Assembly: GCA_044226625.1 (NCBI GenBank)
Contig: JBGAGQ010000015.1
Location: 39,215-103,214, forward strand
DNA length: 64,000 nt
Direction: 5' to 3'
Origin: Thermoanaerobaculia bacterium
GTDB lineage: Bacteria; Acidobacteriota; Thermoanaerobaculia; Multivoradales; UBA5704
The notes under the pieces are model-generated. The model searched no databases. It had not been told where the DNA came from and worked only from the letters and a program-made list of their open reading frames with translations. Position 1 is the first letter of the stretch. Every line of letters starts with the position of its first letter. The position numbers were made by a program, and so were the translations under genes. Below are positions 19,764 through 29,989 of this stretch, one piece after another.

Positions 19764-19907
19764 GAAGTGAAGTCTAGCCGGTCACGCGCTCAACGACCCG
19801 CTCCATCTGCCACCGTCGGTCGTCTGGCGGGTCGCGCTCGCCGGGAGGGATGGAGGTGCCCCTAGGACGGGCCGAGTCCTGTTTAAGCGAAGAGTGTTAT
19901 GAGGCTC

Positions 19908-21259
19908 GTCCGTTGGGCAGCCTCCATCCTTCCCAGAGCGCGACCCGCGTGCCACACCCGCTCCCGTCGACGAGGAGCTTTGCCCGTAGAACCGGCCCAA
20001 CGGGCCGGCAGAACCCAGCCCAGGGCTGAGGCCGAAGGCCGATGCCCTGGGTTGAAGGGCATCAGGAGTCCGCGGCCTGAAAGGCCGCTAGATCGATGGC
20101 GACGATGGGCCGATCCACGGAGCACGGGTTTGCGCCCCGTCTAGCGGCCTTTCAGGCCGCGGAAATTTGTGGTCTTTCGGTCCCAGGGCATCGGCCTTCG
20201 GCCTCAGCCCTGGGCTGGGTTCTACCGGCCCGTTGGGCCGGTCCGTAGGGCACCCTCCTTGCCTCTCAGAGCGCGCCCTGCGTACCACCACTGCTCCCGT
20301 CGGCGAGGAGCTTTGCGCACAGAGCCGGCCTAACGGGCCGAAAGAATTCAGCCCAGGGCTGAGGCCGAAGGCCGATGCCCTGGGTTGTAGGGCATCAGGA
20401 GTCCGCGGCCTGAAAGGCCGCTAGATCGATGGCGACGATGGGCCAGCCCACGGAGCGCGGGTTTGCGCCCGTCTAGCGGCCTTTCAGGCCGCGGAAATTT
20501 GTGGTCTTTTCGTTCCCAGGGCATCGGCCTTCGGCCTCAGCCCTGGGCTGGGTTCTGCCGGCCCGTTGGGCCGGTCCGTAGGGCAGCCTCCTGCCCCCCA
20601 GAGCGCGCGCCCCGCGTACCACACCCGCTCCCGTCTGCGGGGAGCTTTGCCCGTAGAGTCGGCCCAACGGGCCGAAAGAATTCAGCCCAGGGCTGAGGCC
20701 GAAGGCCGATGCCCTGGGTTGTAGGGCATCAGGAGTCCGCGGCCTGAAAGGCCGCTATATCGATGGCGACGATGGGCCGATCCACGGAGCGCGGGTTTGC
20801 GCCCCGTCTAGGGCCCGTTGGGCCGGTCCGTTGGGCAGCCTCCTTGCCCCCCAGAGCGCGCCCCGCGTACCACACCCGCTCCCGTCGGCGAGGAGCTTTG
20901 CCCGTAGGACCGGCCCAACGGGCCGGAAGAATTCAGCCCAGGGCTGAGGCCGAAGGCCGATGCCCTGGGTTGTAGGGCATCAGGAGTCCGCGGCCTGAAA
21001 GGCCGCTAGATCGATGGCGACGATGGGCCAGCCCACGGAGCGCGGGTTTGCGCCCCGTCTTGCGGCCTTTCAGGCCGCCGAAATTTGTGATTTTTCGGTC
21101 CCAGGGCATCGGCCTTCGGCCTCAGCCCTGGGCTGGGTTCTGCCGGCCCGTCGGGCCGGTCCGTAGGCCAGCCTCCATCCCTCCCGGGTGCGACCCGCGT
21201 ACCGCCACCGCTCCCGTCGGCGAGGGGCTTTGCGCGCAGAACCGGCCCACCGGGCCGGT
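19908..21259. repeat. Tandem array of ~333-bp nested-palindrome (REP/BIME-like) units
   Basis: Unit starts at 19908, 20241, 20574, 20826 and 21159; each holds a forward and an inverted copy of GGCCCAACGGGCC..AGCCCAGGGCTGAGGCCGAAGGCCGATGCCCTGGG..GCGGCCTGAAAGGCCGC. Confidence 0.92.
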
Positions 21260-21323
21260 TCGTGCCGCGCCGGGCCGCCATCGCCAATCCTTGCTACGAT
21301 AGGAGCGTAAACGCGGCGGCATC

Positions 21324-24300
21324 GTGCACAACGCTCTCTTCTTTCCCCCCAACCTCGATTTCAAGAAGATCGCCGCCGATCTCGAGGCCGATCCTCGCCT
21401 GGGAGCGCGCATCGTCCACTCCGCCGCGCTCCCCCCCGTGCCGGTCCGCTACGGTGAGCTCGATCCGCCGCTGCCCGTTCCGATCGCCGCCGCGCTCGCC
21501 CGAGAGGGGGTTACCCGGCTCTGGAGCCATCAGACCGAGGCGATCGCCGCCGCGCGCCGTGGGGAGAACGTCCTGGTGACGACCCCCACGGCCTCGGGCA
21601 AGTCGCTGGTGTTCCAGGTCCCCGTGCTCGAAGAGGCGCTCGCGCAGGGGCCCGGGCGGGCTCTGTTTCTCTTCCCGCTCAAGGCGCTGGGGCAGGATCA
21701 GCGAGGCAAATTCCGCGACCTCGCCGCCGCGTGCGGCCTGTCGCCGGACGAGGCGGGGTGCGAGATCTACGACGGCGACACGAGCCCGAACCAGCGGGCC
21801 GCGATCCGCCGACGCTTCCCGCGGGTCCTGATCACCAACCCCGACATGCTGCATCTCGGGATCCTCGCCCACTGGACCTCGTGGGGGCCGTTCCTCGCCG
21901 ACCTGCGCTGGATCGTGCTCGACGAGCTGCACACCTACCGCGGAATCTTCGGCAGCCATTTCCATCACACGCTCGCCCGGCTGCTGCGCCTCGCCCGGGC
22001 GCTCGGCGCCGAGCCTCGGGTGATCGCCTCGTCGGCCACCGCGGGAAACGCCGCCGAGTTCGCCGAGGCTCTCGCCGGGGCGCCGTTTCATTGGGTGGAG
22101 GAGACGGGGGCTCCGCGCGAGGGGCGCCGTTTCCTCCTGCTCCAACCGGAGGTGAGCCCGTATACCTCGGCGCTCAACCTCTTCGTCGAGCTGCTGAAGC
22201 GGGGCGCCAAGACCATCGTCTTCACCAAGGCGAGGCGCATCACCGAGCTGCTCTACTCCTGGCTGAGGAAGCGCGAGCCCGACCTCGCGCGGCGGGTGTC
22301 GGCCTACCGGTCGGGCTTCCTTCGCGAGGAGCGGCGGCGGATCGAGGGAGATCTCTTCGCCGGCCGGCTCGACGGCGTGATCGCGACCTCGGCGCTCGAA
22401 ATGGGGATCGACATCGGTGGGCTCGACGCCTGCGTGCTGGTCGGCTATCCCGGAAGCGTCATGTCCACCTGGCAGCGCTCGGGCCGCGCCGGACGCTCGG
22501 GTCGCGAATCGCTCACCGCGCTCATCGCCCTGCCGGACGCGCTCGATCAGTATTACCTCGCTCATCCCGACCAGCTCCTGGGCCGGCCCTGCGAGCGCCT
22601 GGTGGTCGATCCCGCGAACGCTCCGGTCTCTCGCGCGCACCTGCTCTGCGCCGCCGCCGAGCTGCCGCTCGAAGGAGCGCTCGACGCCGCCTATCTCGCA
22701 CCGCACGAGGCGACGATCCGTTCCATGCTGGTACGGGGCGAGCTGTTCCAGGGGGAAGGAGGAGAGCTCTTCACCCTCCGCCAGCGCCCGCAGCGTTTGG
22801 TCTCGCTCCGCGGCACGGGCGACAGCTACACGATCGAAGACGTCGAGGCCGGACGGACGATCGGCACGATCGACGGCATCCGCGCGCTCCGCGAATGCCA
22901 CCCGGGGGCGATTTACCTGCACGCCGGCCGCCAGTATCAGGTGAACGAGATGAACGGCGAGGAGCGACGGATTCTCGCCGAGCCGGTCGACGTCGATTGG
23001 TTCACCACCGCGCTCATGTCGAAGGAGACGGAGATCCTCGAAGTGCTGGGCGAGCGAACCGACGGCATCGCGGGCCGCCTGGTCGCCTCTCTCGGCCGGC
23101 TCAAGGTGACCGAGCGGGTGGTGGGATACGAGCGCCGACGGGTCGGCACCCTCGAACGGCTCGATCGCCACGAGCTCGACTTTCCGCCCATGGTCAGCGA
23201 GACCGTGGGGCTCTGGTGGCGCGCGCCGCGGGAGTTCGAAGAGGCGCTCCGGAGGACCGGAGAGGATTTCATGGGCGCGCTCCACGCCTCGGAGCACGCG
23301 GCGATCTCGCTCTTCCCGCTGCTCGCGATCTGCGACCGGAACGACCTCGGCGGGATCTCGACCCCGTTCCATCCGCAGGTGGGTTGCGGCGCGGTTTTCC
23401 TCTACGACGGCCATTCGGGCGGCGTCGGCATCACCGCGAAGGGTTTCGAGAACCTTCCCGAGCTGCTCGGCCGCGTGCTCGAGCTGCTCGAAGGGTGCCC
23501 GTGCGAATCCGGTTGTCCGAGCTGCGTCCAGTCGCCGAAATGCGGCAACGGCAACCGGCCGCTCGACAAGGCGGGGGCCGCCCGCGTCGTGCGTTTCCTG
23601 CTCGAGCGGGAAGAGCTCGAGCCCTCGGACTTCGCCGCGGCGGCCGCGCGGGAGGCGGCCGAGGTCGCGCAAGCTGCCCTCGCCGTAGGGGAGCCCGAGG
23701 GGTGGTGGTCGGGCGGGGAGACCCGCACGGCGAAGCGGATGAGAGATTTCCTCGCCAAGCCAACCGGGATGCCGAAGGCTGGTGAGGGCGTCGACGAGGC
23801 CGAGTCTCCATCGCCGGTCCGGCTTCACCTGCAGGCCCTGTCGAGAAACGGGAGAGAGGGGAGCGCGAAGAACGGAGCGGCTCTGCTCCCTTCACCCGCA
23901 AAGAGAGCCGCCAAGGATCTGAGCCGGCCGAGCGACGGCCGCCCCGAGCGGACCATCCTGTTCGACCTCGAAACCCTCCGCTCGGCGGCGGAGGTCGGAG
24001 GATGGCACCGCGCCGATCGGATGGGTGTGGCGGTGGGCGTTCTCTACTTCTTGGAGGAGGACCGCTTCGAGACTTACCGCGAGGATCGGGTGGGCGATCT
24101 GGTGGCCGCGTTGAAGAGCGCCACGCGGGTGGTCGGCTTCAACAGCCGCCGCTTCGACTACCGCGTGCTCGAAGGGTACGCCGGACGGGGGCTCGGCCGG
24201 CAGCTCCCGACTCTCGATCTGCTCGAAGAGGTCCGCCGGGTCGCCGGCTTCCGCATGAAGCTCGATCACCTCGCCCAGGAGACGCTCGGCGCCGCCAAAT

Positions 24301-24482
24301 CGGCCGACGGCCTTCAATCGCTCGCCTGGGTGGCCGAAGGACGGTTCGATCAGGTGGAGGAGTACTGCCGCCACGACGTCGAGATCCTGCGCGATCTGTT
24401 CCTGTTTGGGCGGCGCGAGGGGTATCTCATGTTCCGCGACAAGCGCCGCGACGTGCGGCTCCGCCTGCCGGTCTCTTGGTAG
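21324..24482 (+). CDS. MrfA/Hrq1-like DEAH helicase (DUF1998 Zn-binding) fused to a C-terminal RNase H-fold (YprB/MrfB-like) exonuclease
   Basis: TPTASGKS, DELH, SAT, QRSGRAGR and CPCESGCPSCVQSPKCGN; C-terminal FDLET, GFNSRRFD and YCRHDV. Confidence 0.88.
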   Translation: MHNALFFPPNLDFKKIAADLEADPRLGARIVHSAALPPVPVRYGELDPPLPVPIAAALAREGVTRLWSHQTEAIAAARRGENVLVTTPTASGKSLVFQVPVLEEALAQGPGRALFLFPLKALGQDQRGKFRDLAAACGLSPDEAGCEIYDGDTSPNQRAAIRRRFPRVLITNPDMLHLGILAHWTSWGPFLADLRWIVLDELHTYRGIFGSHFHHTLARLLRLARALGAEPRVIASSATAGNAAEFAEALAGAPFHWVEETGAPREGRRFLLLQPEVSPYTSALNLFVELLKRGAKTIVFTKARRITELLYSWLRKREPDLARRVSAYRSGFLREERRRIEGDLFAGRLDGVIATSALEMGIDIGGLDACVLVGYPGSVMSTWQRSGRAGRSGRESLTALIALPDALDQYYLAHPDQLLGRPCERLVVDPANAPVSRAHLLCAAAELPLEGALDAAYLAPHEATIRSMLVRGELFQGEGGELFTLRQRPQRLVSLRGTGDSYTIEDVEAGRTIGTIDGIRALRECHPGAIYLHAGRQYQVNEMNGEERRILAEPVDVDWFTTALMSKETEILEVLGERTDGIAGRLVASLGRLKVTERVVGYERRRVGTLERLDRHELDFPPMVSETVGLWWRAPREFEEALRRTGEDFMGALHASEHAAISLFPLLAICDRNDLGGISTPFHPQVGCGAVFLYDGHSGGVGITAKGFENLPELLGRVLELLEGCPCESGCPSCVQSPKCGNGNRPLDKAGAARVVRFLLEREELEPSDFAAAAAREAAEVAQAALAVGEPEGWWSGGETRTAKRMRDFLAKPTGMPKAGEGVDEAESPSPVRLHLQALSRNGREGSAKNGAALLPSPAKRAAKDLSRPSDGRPERTILFDLETLRSAAEVGGWHRADRMGVAVGVLYFLEEDRFETYREDRVGDLVAALKSATRVVGFNSRRFDYRVLEGYAGRGLGRQLPTLDLLEEVRRVAGFRMKLDHLAQETLGAAKSADGLQSLAWVAEGRFDQVEEYCRHDVEILRDLFLFGRREGYLMFRDKRRDVRLRLPVSW

Positions 24483-24535
24483 AGTCTGCCGCTCGCGGCG
24501 ATCCGCCGCGGATCCTCGACGGAGATCGAACCTCG

Positions 24536-24901
24536 ATGCGCTTGCAGCCCCTACGCCCGTGGATCGGCGCCTTGGCCCTGAGCTTCGCCCTCGCGGCGGC
24601 CTCCGCGACGGCTGTCCCGCCGGTGAGGAAGATCACGCTCCAGGCGAAGAAATACGACTGGATCCCTGCCTCTCTGCAGCTCAAGGTCGGCCAACCGGTC
24701 GAGCTGACGCTCATCTCCCTGGACGTCCCGCACGGGATCTCCTCCCGCGAGCTGGGCATTCCGCCGACTAACTTCAAGAAGGATCAGCCGGCGAAGATCG
24801 TCTTCACCCCGACCGAGACCGGTACCTTTCGCTTCAAGTGCTCGAAGTATTGCGGCGGCGGGCACCGAAGGATGCTCGGTCAGGTCGTGGTCGTGCCGTA
24901 G
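24536..24901 (+). CDS. Small exported cupredoxin with CuA-type motif
   Basis: Signal peptide; SLDVPHG and CSKYCGGGHRRM. Confidence 0.8.
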   Translation: MRLQPLRPWIGALALSFALAAASATAVPPVRKITLQAKKYDWIPASLQLKVGQPVELTLISLDVPHGISSRELGIPPTNFKKDQPAKIVFTPTETGTFRFKCSKYCGGGHRRMLGQVVVVP

Positions 24902-24938
24902 GGCCGGTTCCGTCGCAAACTTTTCTCGCGGAGCGCGT

Positions 24939-26987
24939 ATGAGGAACATGACCGCCGACCGAACGACCCTCGCCGCCCTCGCCTCCGTCTTCGCCTTGAC
25001 CCTCTCGCTGCCTGCGGCAGCCGACGAGGCGCCCGCACCGCCAGAGACCCGCTGGATCATCCGGATTCAAGGGCGGGAGGCCGGCGAGCAGACCGTGCGC
25101 CGCCTGCCGGACGGTTCGTTCGAGGCCCATTACGCGTTCAACGACCGCGGCCGTGGGCCCGATCAGACGGCGAAATACGCGCTCGGCGAGGACGGCTGCT
25201 TGTCCCGCTACGACCTTTCCGGGGTCGATTACCTCAAAGGGCCAATCTCGATCCATTTCGAGCGCTCGGGCAAGAAAGCCTCCTGGACGAGCGCGAGCGA
25301 GAACGGCAAAGCGACCGTCGACGGCGCGGCCTGCTTCGTTCCGCTCGAAGGGCCGCCCGAGATCGACGCCGTCCTGGTGCGCGCGCTGCTCAAGGCCCCG
25401 AATGGAAAAGTGCGCTTGCTGCCGGTGGGAGAAGCGTCGATCGAAAAGCTCGATCCGCTCGCGATCGACGTCGACGGCAAGTCGGTCGCGCTCCGGCAGG
25501 TCGCGATCTCGGGCCTCGGCTTCAACCCGTACCGCCTCTGGATCGACGAGTCCGACGGCTCGCTCTTCGCGACCGAAGACGGCTGGTCGTCGATCGTCCG
25601 CGCCGGCTGGGAAGGGGCGCTGCCGAAGATCGCCTCGACGCAGCAGACCGCGATCGAAGCGCGTGAGCGGGAGAGCGCCGCGAAGCTCGCCCGGCGGCCG
25701 GACCATGGATTCGCGATCGTCGGTGCCCGCCTGTTCGACGGCGAGTCGGGCAACGTCGTGCCGAAGAGCACCGTGGTCGTCCAAGGCAACCGGATCGTCG
25801 CGGTAGGGCCCGACGGCAAGGTCGAGGTCCCCGCGGGCGCCGAGGTGATCGACGCCAAAGGCAAGACCCTCTTGCCGGGGCTCTGGGACATGCATACCCA
25901 TCTCGGCGCCGACGACGGGATTCCGTTCGTGGCCTCCGGGGTGACCAGCGTGCGCGATCTGGCCAACGACATCGATCAGCTCGCATCGCTCGACCAGCGC
26001 TGGCAGAGCGGTGCCGCGATCGGCCCGCGCGTGGTCAAAGCCGGCTTCATGGACGGCCCGGGGCCGTACGCCGGACCGACCAAGATCCTCGTCTCGACCG
26101 AGGACGAGGTGAATCGCGCCATCGACCGGTACGCCGAGCTGGGCTACGTGCAGATCAAGGTCTACAGCTCGATCGAACCGAAGCTCGTGCCGGCAATCGT
26201 CGCCCGCGCGAAGCTGCACGGGATGCGGGTCTCCGGCCACATCCCCGCGTTCATGACCGCGGAGCAGGCGGTTCAAGGCGGCTTCGACGAGATCCAGCAC
26301 ATCAACTTCATCGCCTTGAACTTCCTGTTCGACAAGGTTCAGGACACGCGGACTCCCGCCCGTTTCACCGCGGTCGCCGAGCACGCCGCGGAGATCGACC
26401 CGAAGTCCGAGCGCTTTCAGGCCTTCGTCCGGCTGCTCAAGGAAAAGAACGTCGCGGTCGATCCGACCGTGAACGCGTTCGAGGAGATGTTCCTGACGCG
26501 GCAGGGCAAGCCGACCGCGGCCTGGGATCTCGTGATCGACCGCCTTCCGGCGACGGTCCGGCGGTCGATTCTCGCGGGCGGCGGCGGGTTGGAGCCTCCG
26601 GCCGGAATGGAAGGCCGCTACCGCGAGTCGTACCAGCGCCTGCTCCAGATGATCAAGGCGCTCTACGACGCCGGCATCGCGATCGAGGCGGGAACCGACG
26701 CGATGGCGGGCATCACGCTTCCCCGCGAGCTGGAGCTCTACGTCCAGGCGGGAATTCCCGCCCCCGCCGTGCTTCAGATCGCGACCCGGAACGCCGCTCG
26801 CATCTTGGGCAAGGGGGAGGAGCTGGGAACGATCGCCGTCGGCAAGCTCGCCGATCTCGCGCTCGTCGACGGCAATCCGGCGACCAAGATTTCGGACGTC
26901 CGGCGGGTCGTGCTGACGGTGAAGGGAGGCGTCCTCTACGAAACCGCCGCGCTGTGGAAGGAGATCGGGACGCTGCCGGTCAAATAG
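24939..26987 (+). CDS. Exported amidohydrolase family protein
   Basis: PGLWDMHTH, IKVY, SGH, QH, AGTDA and GKLADL; signal peptide. Confidence 0.85.
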   Translation: MRNMTADRTTLAALASVFALTLSLPAAADEAPAPPETRWIIRIQGREAGEQTVRRLPDGSFEAHYAFNDRGRGPDQTAKYALGEDGCLSRYDLSGVDYLKGPISIHFERSGKKASWTSASENGKATVDGAACFVPLEGPPEIDAVLVRALLKAPNGKVRLLPVGEASIEKLDPLAIDVDGKSVALRQVAISGLGFNPYRLWIDESDGSLFATEDGWSSIVRAGWEGALPKIASTQQTAIEARERESAAKLARRPDHGFAIVGARLFDGESGNVVPKSTVVVQGNRIVAVGPDGKVEVPAGAEVIDAKGKTLLPGLWDMHTHLGADDGIPFVASGVTSVRDLANDIDQLASLDQRWQSGAAIGPRVVKAGFMDGPGPYAGPTKILVSTEDEVNRAIDRYAELGYVQIKVYSSIEPKLVPAIVARAKLHGMRVSGHIPAFMTAEQAVQGGFDEIQHINFIALNFLFDKVQDTRTPARFTAVAEHAAEIDPKSERFQAFVRLLKEKNVAVDPTVNAFEEMFLTRQGKPTAAWDLVIDRLPATVRRSILAGGGGLEPPAGMEGRYRESYQRLLQMIKALYDAGIAIEAGTDAMAGITLPRELELYVQAGIPAPAVLQIATRNAARILGKGEELGTIAVGKLADLALVDGNPATKISDVRRVVLTVKGGVLYETAALWKEIGTLPVK

Positions 26988-26988
26988 G

Positions 26989-27711
26989 CTACGACCGGAC
27001 GAAGCGGACCATCCGCTGCGCCCGCGGATGCCCCCAATCGCCGACGTGCTCCACCCGCCAGGGGAGTGCGTCGGCGAGCGCGTCGAGATCGCGGGCGCGG
27101 TAGTGGTACGGGTCGCGGTCGAGATAGCTCACGATCCCGCCCGGCTCGTGGGTGAGCGTAAGGGCGTCGGGGCGATCCGCCGGGCACTCGAAATAGGTGG
27201 CGTAGAAGCGCCCTCCCGGCGGCATCGCCTTCGCGAGCTCGATCAGGCAGCGACGGATGAAGTTGCCGGGCAGGTGGGTGAAGACCGACTGGGCGATCGC
27301 CATCTCGAACGGGACGCCGAATCGCCACGCTTCGAACGAGCCGTTCGCGAGCAGGTTTTCGCGCGGCAGGCGATCCTGGCAGCCGGCGGCCCGAAGCTCC
27401 ACGTCGTACCCGGCATCGAGAAGAGGCGCCGAGACGTCGATGCCGTAATAGCGCCCCGGATCGAGGTAGGGGATCAAGTGCACCCCCGCGCGCAGGCAGC
27501 CGCAGCCGACGTCGAGCAGATGCATCTCCGGCGTGAGCCCTTCGGAGACCAGATAGTCGAGCTGGAGCTTGCCCATCTCGTCCCACAGACCGCCGATCCA
27601 GGTGCGATGCCAACCGGAGGCGATCTGCTCCTCCGTGAGCCCGCCCGCGTAGGCGTTGAACGCGGTGCTTTCGTGCTCCGTCGCGGAGTGGCTGGAATCG
27701 CTACCGCTCAC
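26989..27711 (-). CDS. Class I SAM-dependent methyltransferase
   Basis: LLDVGCGCLR and AQSVFTHL; GTG start at 27711 overlaps the upstream stop. Confidence 0.85.
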   Translation of the reverse strand: MSGSDSSHSATEHESTAFNAYAGGLTEEQIASGWHRTWIGGLWDEMGKLQLDYLVSEGLTPEMHLLDVGCGCLRAGVHLIPYLDPGRYYGIDVSAPLLDAGYDVELRAAGCQDRLPRENLLANGSFEAWRFGVPFEMAIAQSVFTHLPGNFIRRCLIELAKAMPPGGRFYATYFECPADRPDALTLTHEPGGIVSYLDRDPYHYRARDLDALADALPWRVEHVGDWGHPRAQRMVRFVRS

Positions 27712-29180
27712 GGCGTGGCCCTCCTGGGATGGTCGACTTCGAAAGGCGCCTGCGGCCATCTCGCGTCCAGCGCCCGGCCACCGAAGACCAGGCCGAGGAC
27801 GAGGAGCGCCGCGGCGAGCGTGCCCATGGCTGCGCGTCGCGACAGGTTGGCCCGTTCCCAGAGTCCAACGAAGCCGAAGGCGGCGAAGAGGTCGAGGGCG
27901 GGCATCATCTGAATCCGGTAGCGGGTTTTGACGTGCAGGGCGAGGAAGAGGAGCAGATTGTAGGCGAGAAAGGCGAGCAGCACGGGGCGGAAGGGAGCCG
28001 CTTCCTCCCGCCAGGGGGACCGGCCGCGCGCGATGCCGAAAAGCGCACCGAGCAGGACGAGGACGTAGACCGCGACGCCCGTGAAACGCAGCAGGCCGAC
28101 CGTCCACGGCGGCACCCCGCGATAGCCGTAACCGCTGACGACGATCGCTCCCCCGGGAAGTTGATCGGTGAAGAACGAATCGCGGTCGAACAGGCGAAAC
28201 GGCTGGCGCTCGAGCTGCCGAGCCGCCAAGGGGAGGAGCCCTTCCCGCTGCCGGAGATGGCGCAGCTTCTCGGCGAGGATCGCCTCTCGCTCGGGATAGC
28301 TCGGAGAGCTGGTCCGATAGATCTCGTATTCACGGCCGACGATCTCGCCGACCAGGTTTCGTCTCGAGGTGTCGTTCAGGCCCACCCAGAGGTTGAACCG
28401 CGAGCTGTCGGCGAGCCGAAAGCCGATTCCCGAGAGCGCGTTAGCGAGGAGCGTCGGGAGGAGCACGGCGCAGAGCGCTACGCCCGCGACGGCGAGAGGG
28501 ATCAGCGCGCGGCGCCAGCCGATCCGTCGGACGAGTGGCCAGAACAGGACGGGGAGAAAAGGGAGCAGAAGGCTCTTCGCCAGGAGCGCGAGTCCGAGCG
28601 TCGCGCCGATCGCGGCGAAGAAGAGCAGCGTGAGAATCCGAGCTCGAGGTCGAAGCCCGGGCTCGGAGCCCTCGGGCTCGCTCCGCGTCGCGAGCCGAAG
28701 GAGGCCCCAGAGCGCGGCGACGAAGAGGAACAGATGGACAGTCTCGGGCCAGAGGTAGTGGGCGAAGGCGGCCACCTGCGCGTCGGCCAGCAGGAGCCCT
28801 CCGGCGATCGCTCCCGCAAGCGCGGAGGCGTTGCGGTCTCCGCCATAGCTTCGGCGCGCGACGTCGGCCCACAGGAGCGCCGTCGCGAGCAGGAGGAGCG
28901 CCTGCGCGATTTCGACCGCGAGACGAGATCCGCCGAGCGCGGCGAGCAGATGGGGGTAGAGCGGCGGCCAGAGCGGATCGAGATCGCTCGGTAATCCCTG
29001 GAGCAGCCGCCGTGCCGCGGCGAGGTAGGAGATCTCGTCGCCCCACAGGGGACGGCCGTTCCCGCCACCCTCCAAAGCGAACAACGCCGCCTGGAGGAGA
29101 ACGCCGATGCCGCCGAGCCCCGTCGCCGCCCAAACCGCCGCGCGCCCTGGTCTCGCGTGGTGAGGCGAGGTTTCTCTCAT
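27708..29180 (-). CDS. GT-C/ArnT-PMT-like integral membrane glycosyltransferase
   Basis: WGDEISY, PPLYP, WPET and KTRYR; many TM helices. Confidence 0.72.
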   Translation of the reverse strand: MRETSPHHARPGRAAVWAATGLGGIGVLLQAALFALEGGGNGRPLWGDEISYLAAARRLLQGLPSDLDPLWPPLYPHLLAALGGSRLAVEIAQALLLLATALLWADVARRSYGGDRNASALAGAIAGGLLLADAQVAAFAHYLWPETVHLFLFVAALWGLLRLATRSEPEGSEPGLRPRARILTLLFFAAIGATLGLALLAKSLLLPFLPVLFWPLVRRIGWRRALIPLAVAGVALCAVLLPTLLANALSGIGFRLADSSRFNLWVGLNDTSRRNLVGEIVGREYEIYRTSSPSYPEREAILAEKLRHLRQREGLLPLAARQLERQPFRLFDRDSFFTDQLPGGAIVVSGYGYRGVPPWTVGLLRFTGVAVYVLVLLGALFGIARGRSPWREEAAPFRPVLLAFLAYNLLLFLALHVKTRYRIQMMPALDLFAAFGFVGLWERANLSRRAAMGTLAAALLVLGLVFGGRALDARWPQAPFEVDHPRRATP

Positions 29181-29306
29181 CGGCGGCGCAACTCTATCCC
29201 CGGCCGCGCTCGTGGCGTAGGGTGCCCGGCGGGGACGCGGGTGCGATACGCTTGGCGGCCAAACGGGGTCGCGTGGCCCGGCCTTCAATTCTGGGAGAGC
29301 TTCGAG

Positions 29307-29840
29307 ATGATTGGGACCGCTACGAATCGCAGGACTCGACCGAGCGCCGCCCACCTGGGCGTCGCGTTGCTCGGTGCCTTGCTTGGGTTGGGCCTTGGCG
29401 CGTGCAACAAGACCGGCACTCCGTCGGGCTCACCTCTCGCCGATTCGGCGTTCCAGGTCGAATGGCTTTCGGCCGAAGTTCCGGCGCAAATGAAAGCCGG
29501 CGAAGTGGTGACCGTGAAGGTGAAGGTCCGCAACAGCAGCGATCAGGTCTGGCCCGACCCGAAGACCGCCGATCCTGCGGCCTCGGGTGCGTACGCGGTT
29601 CGCCTCGCCTGGCGGTGGCGCACCTCGGAAGAGATGACGACGGGCGAAGGGACGAGCAACCGAGCCGATCTGGTCGAGCCTCTCGGTCCTGGCCGGGAGA
29701 CGACGATCTCGATCGACGTGACCGCCCCGAAGCAGCCTGGGGAGTACAAACTGCAGTTCGATCTCGTCCAGGAGCTCGTGTCGTTCTTCGAAGAGCGCGG
29801 CGCGAAGCTGGAGGTCGTACCGGTGACCGTCGTTCCGTAG
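29307..29840 (+). CDS. Lipoprotein with NBR1/FW-like Ig domain
   Basis: LGAC lipobox; VKVRN..W and APKQPGEYKLQFDLVQE. Confidence 0.7.
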   Translation: MIGTATNRRTRPSAAHLGVALLGALLGLGLGACNKTGTPSGSPLADSAFQVEWLSAEVPAQMKAGEVVTVKVKVRNSSDQVWPDPKTADPAASGAYAVRLAWRWRTSEEMTTGEGTSNRADLVEPLGPGRETTISIDVTAPKQPGEYKLQFDLVQELVSFFEERGAKLEVVPVTVVP

Positions 29841-29968
29841 CAGGCCGCTGAAAGCTCCTTCGTCGCGGGAGATTCCCTGCGGACGCCCCTCGTAACTCGC
29901 TTCGCTCAGACAGACTCGGGGTCGTCCCCGGAAACTCCGCGACGAAGAGAGAGATTTTCAGCAACCTG
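29841..29968. mobile_element. MITE-like element (~128 bp)
   Basis: Terminal inverted repeats CAGGCCGCTGAAA / TTTCAGCAACCTG; internal long hairpin CTTCGTCGCGG...CCGCGACGAAG. Confidence 0.6.
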
Positions 29969-29989
29969 CTGGGACGCAACCAGGAGGGC

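Noticed and set aside
19908-21259. CRISPR array or small ORFs in the repeat region
   Set aside because: Linkers are near-identical rather than unique, units are 333 bp with inverted elements, there are no cas genes, and the ORFs are by-products of the repeats
21294-23828. Long antisense or alternate-frame ORFs (also 33954-36563, 52489-54816, 61458-63803, 10790-12733)
   Set aside because: Shadow ORFs expected at high GC, overlapping well-supported genes and lacking recognisable motifs
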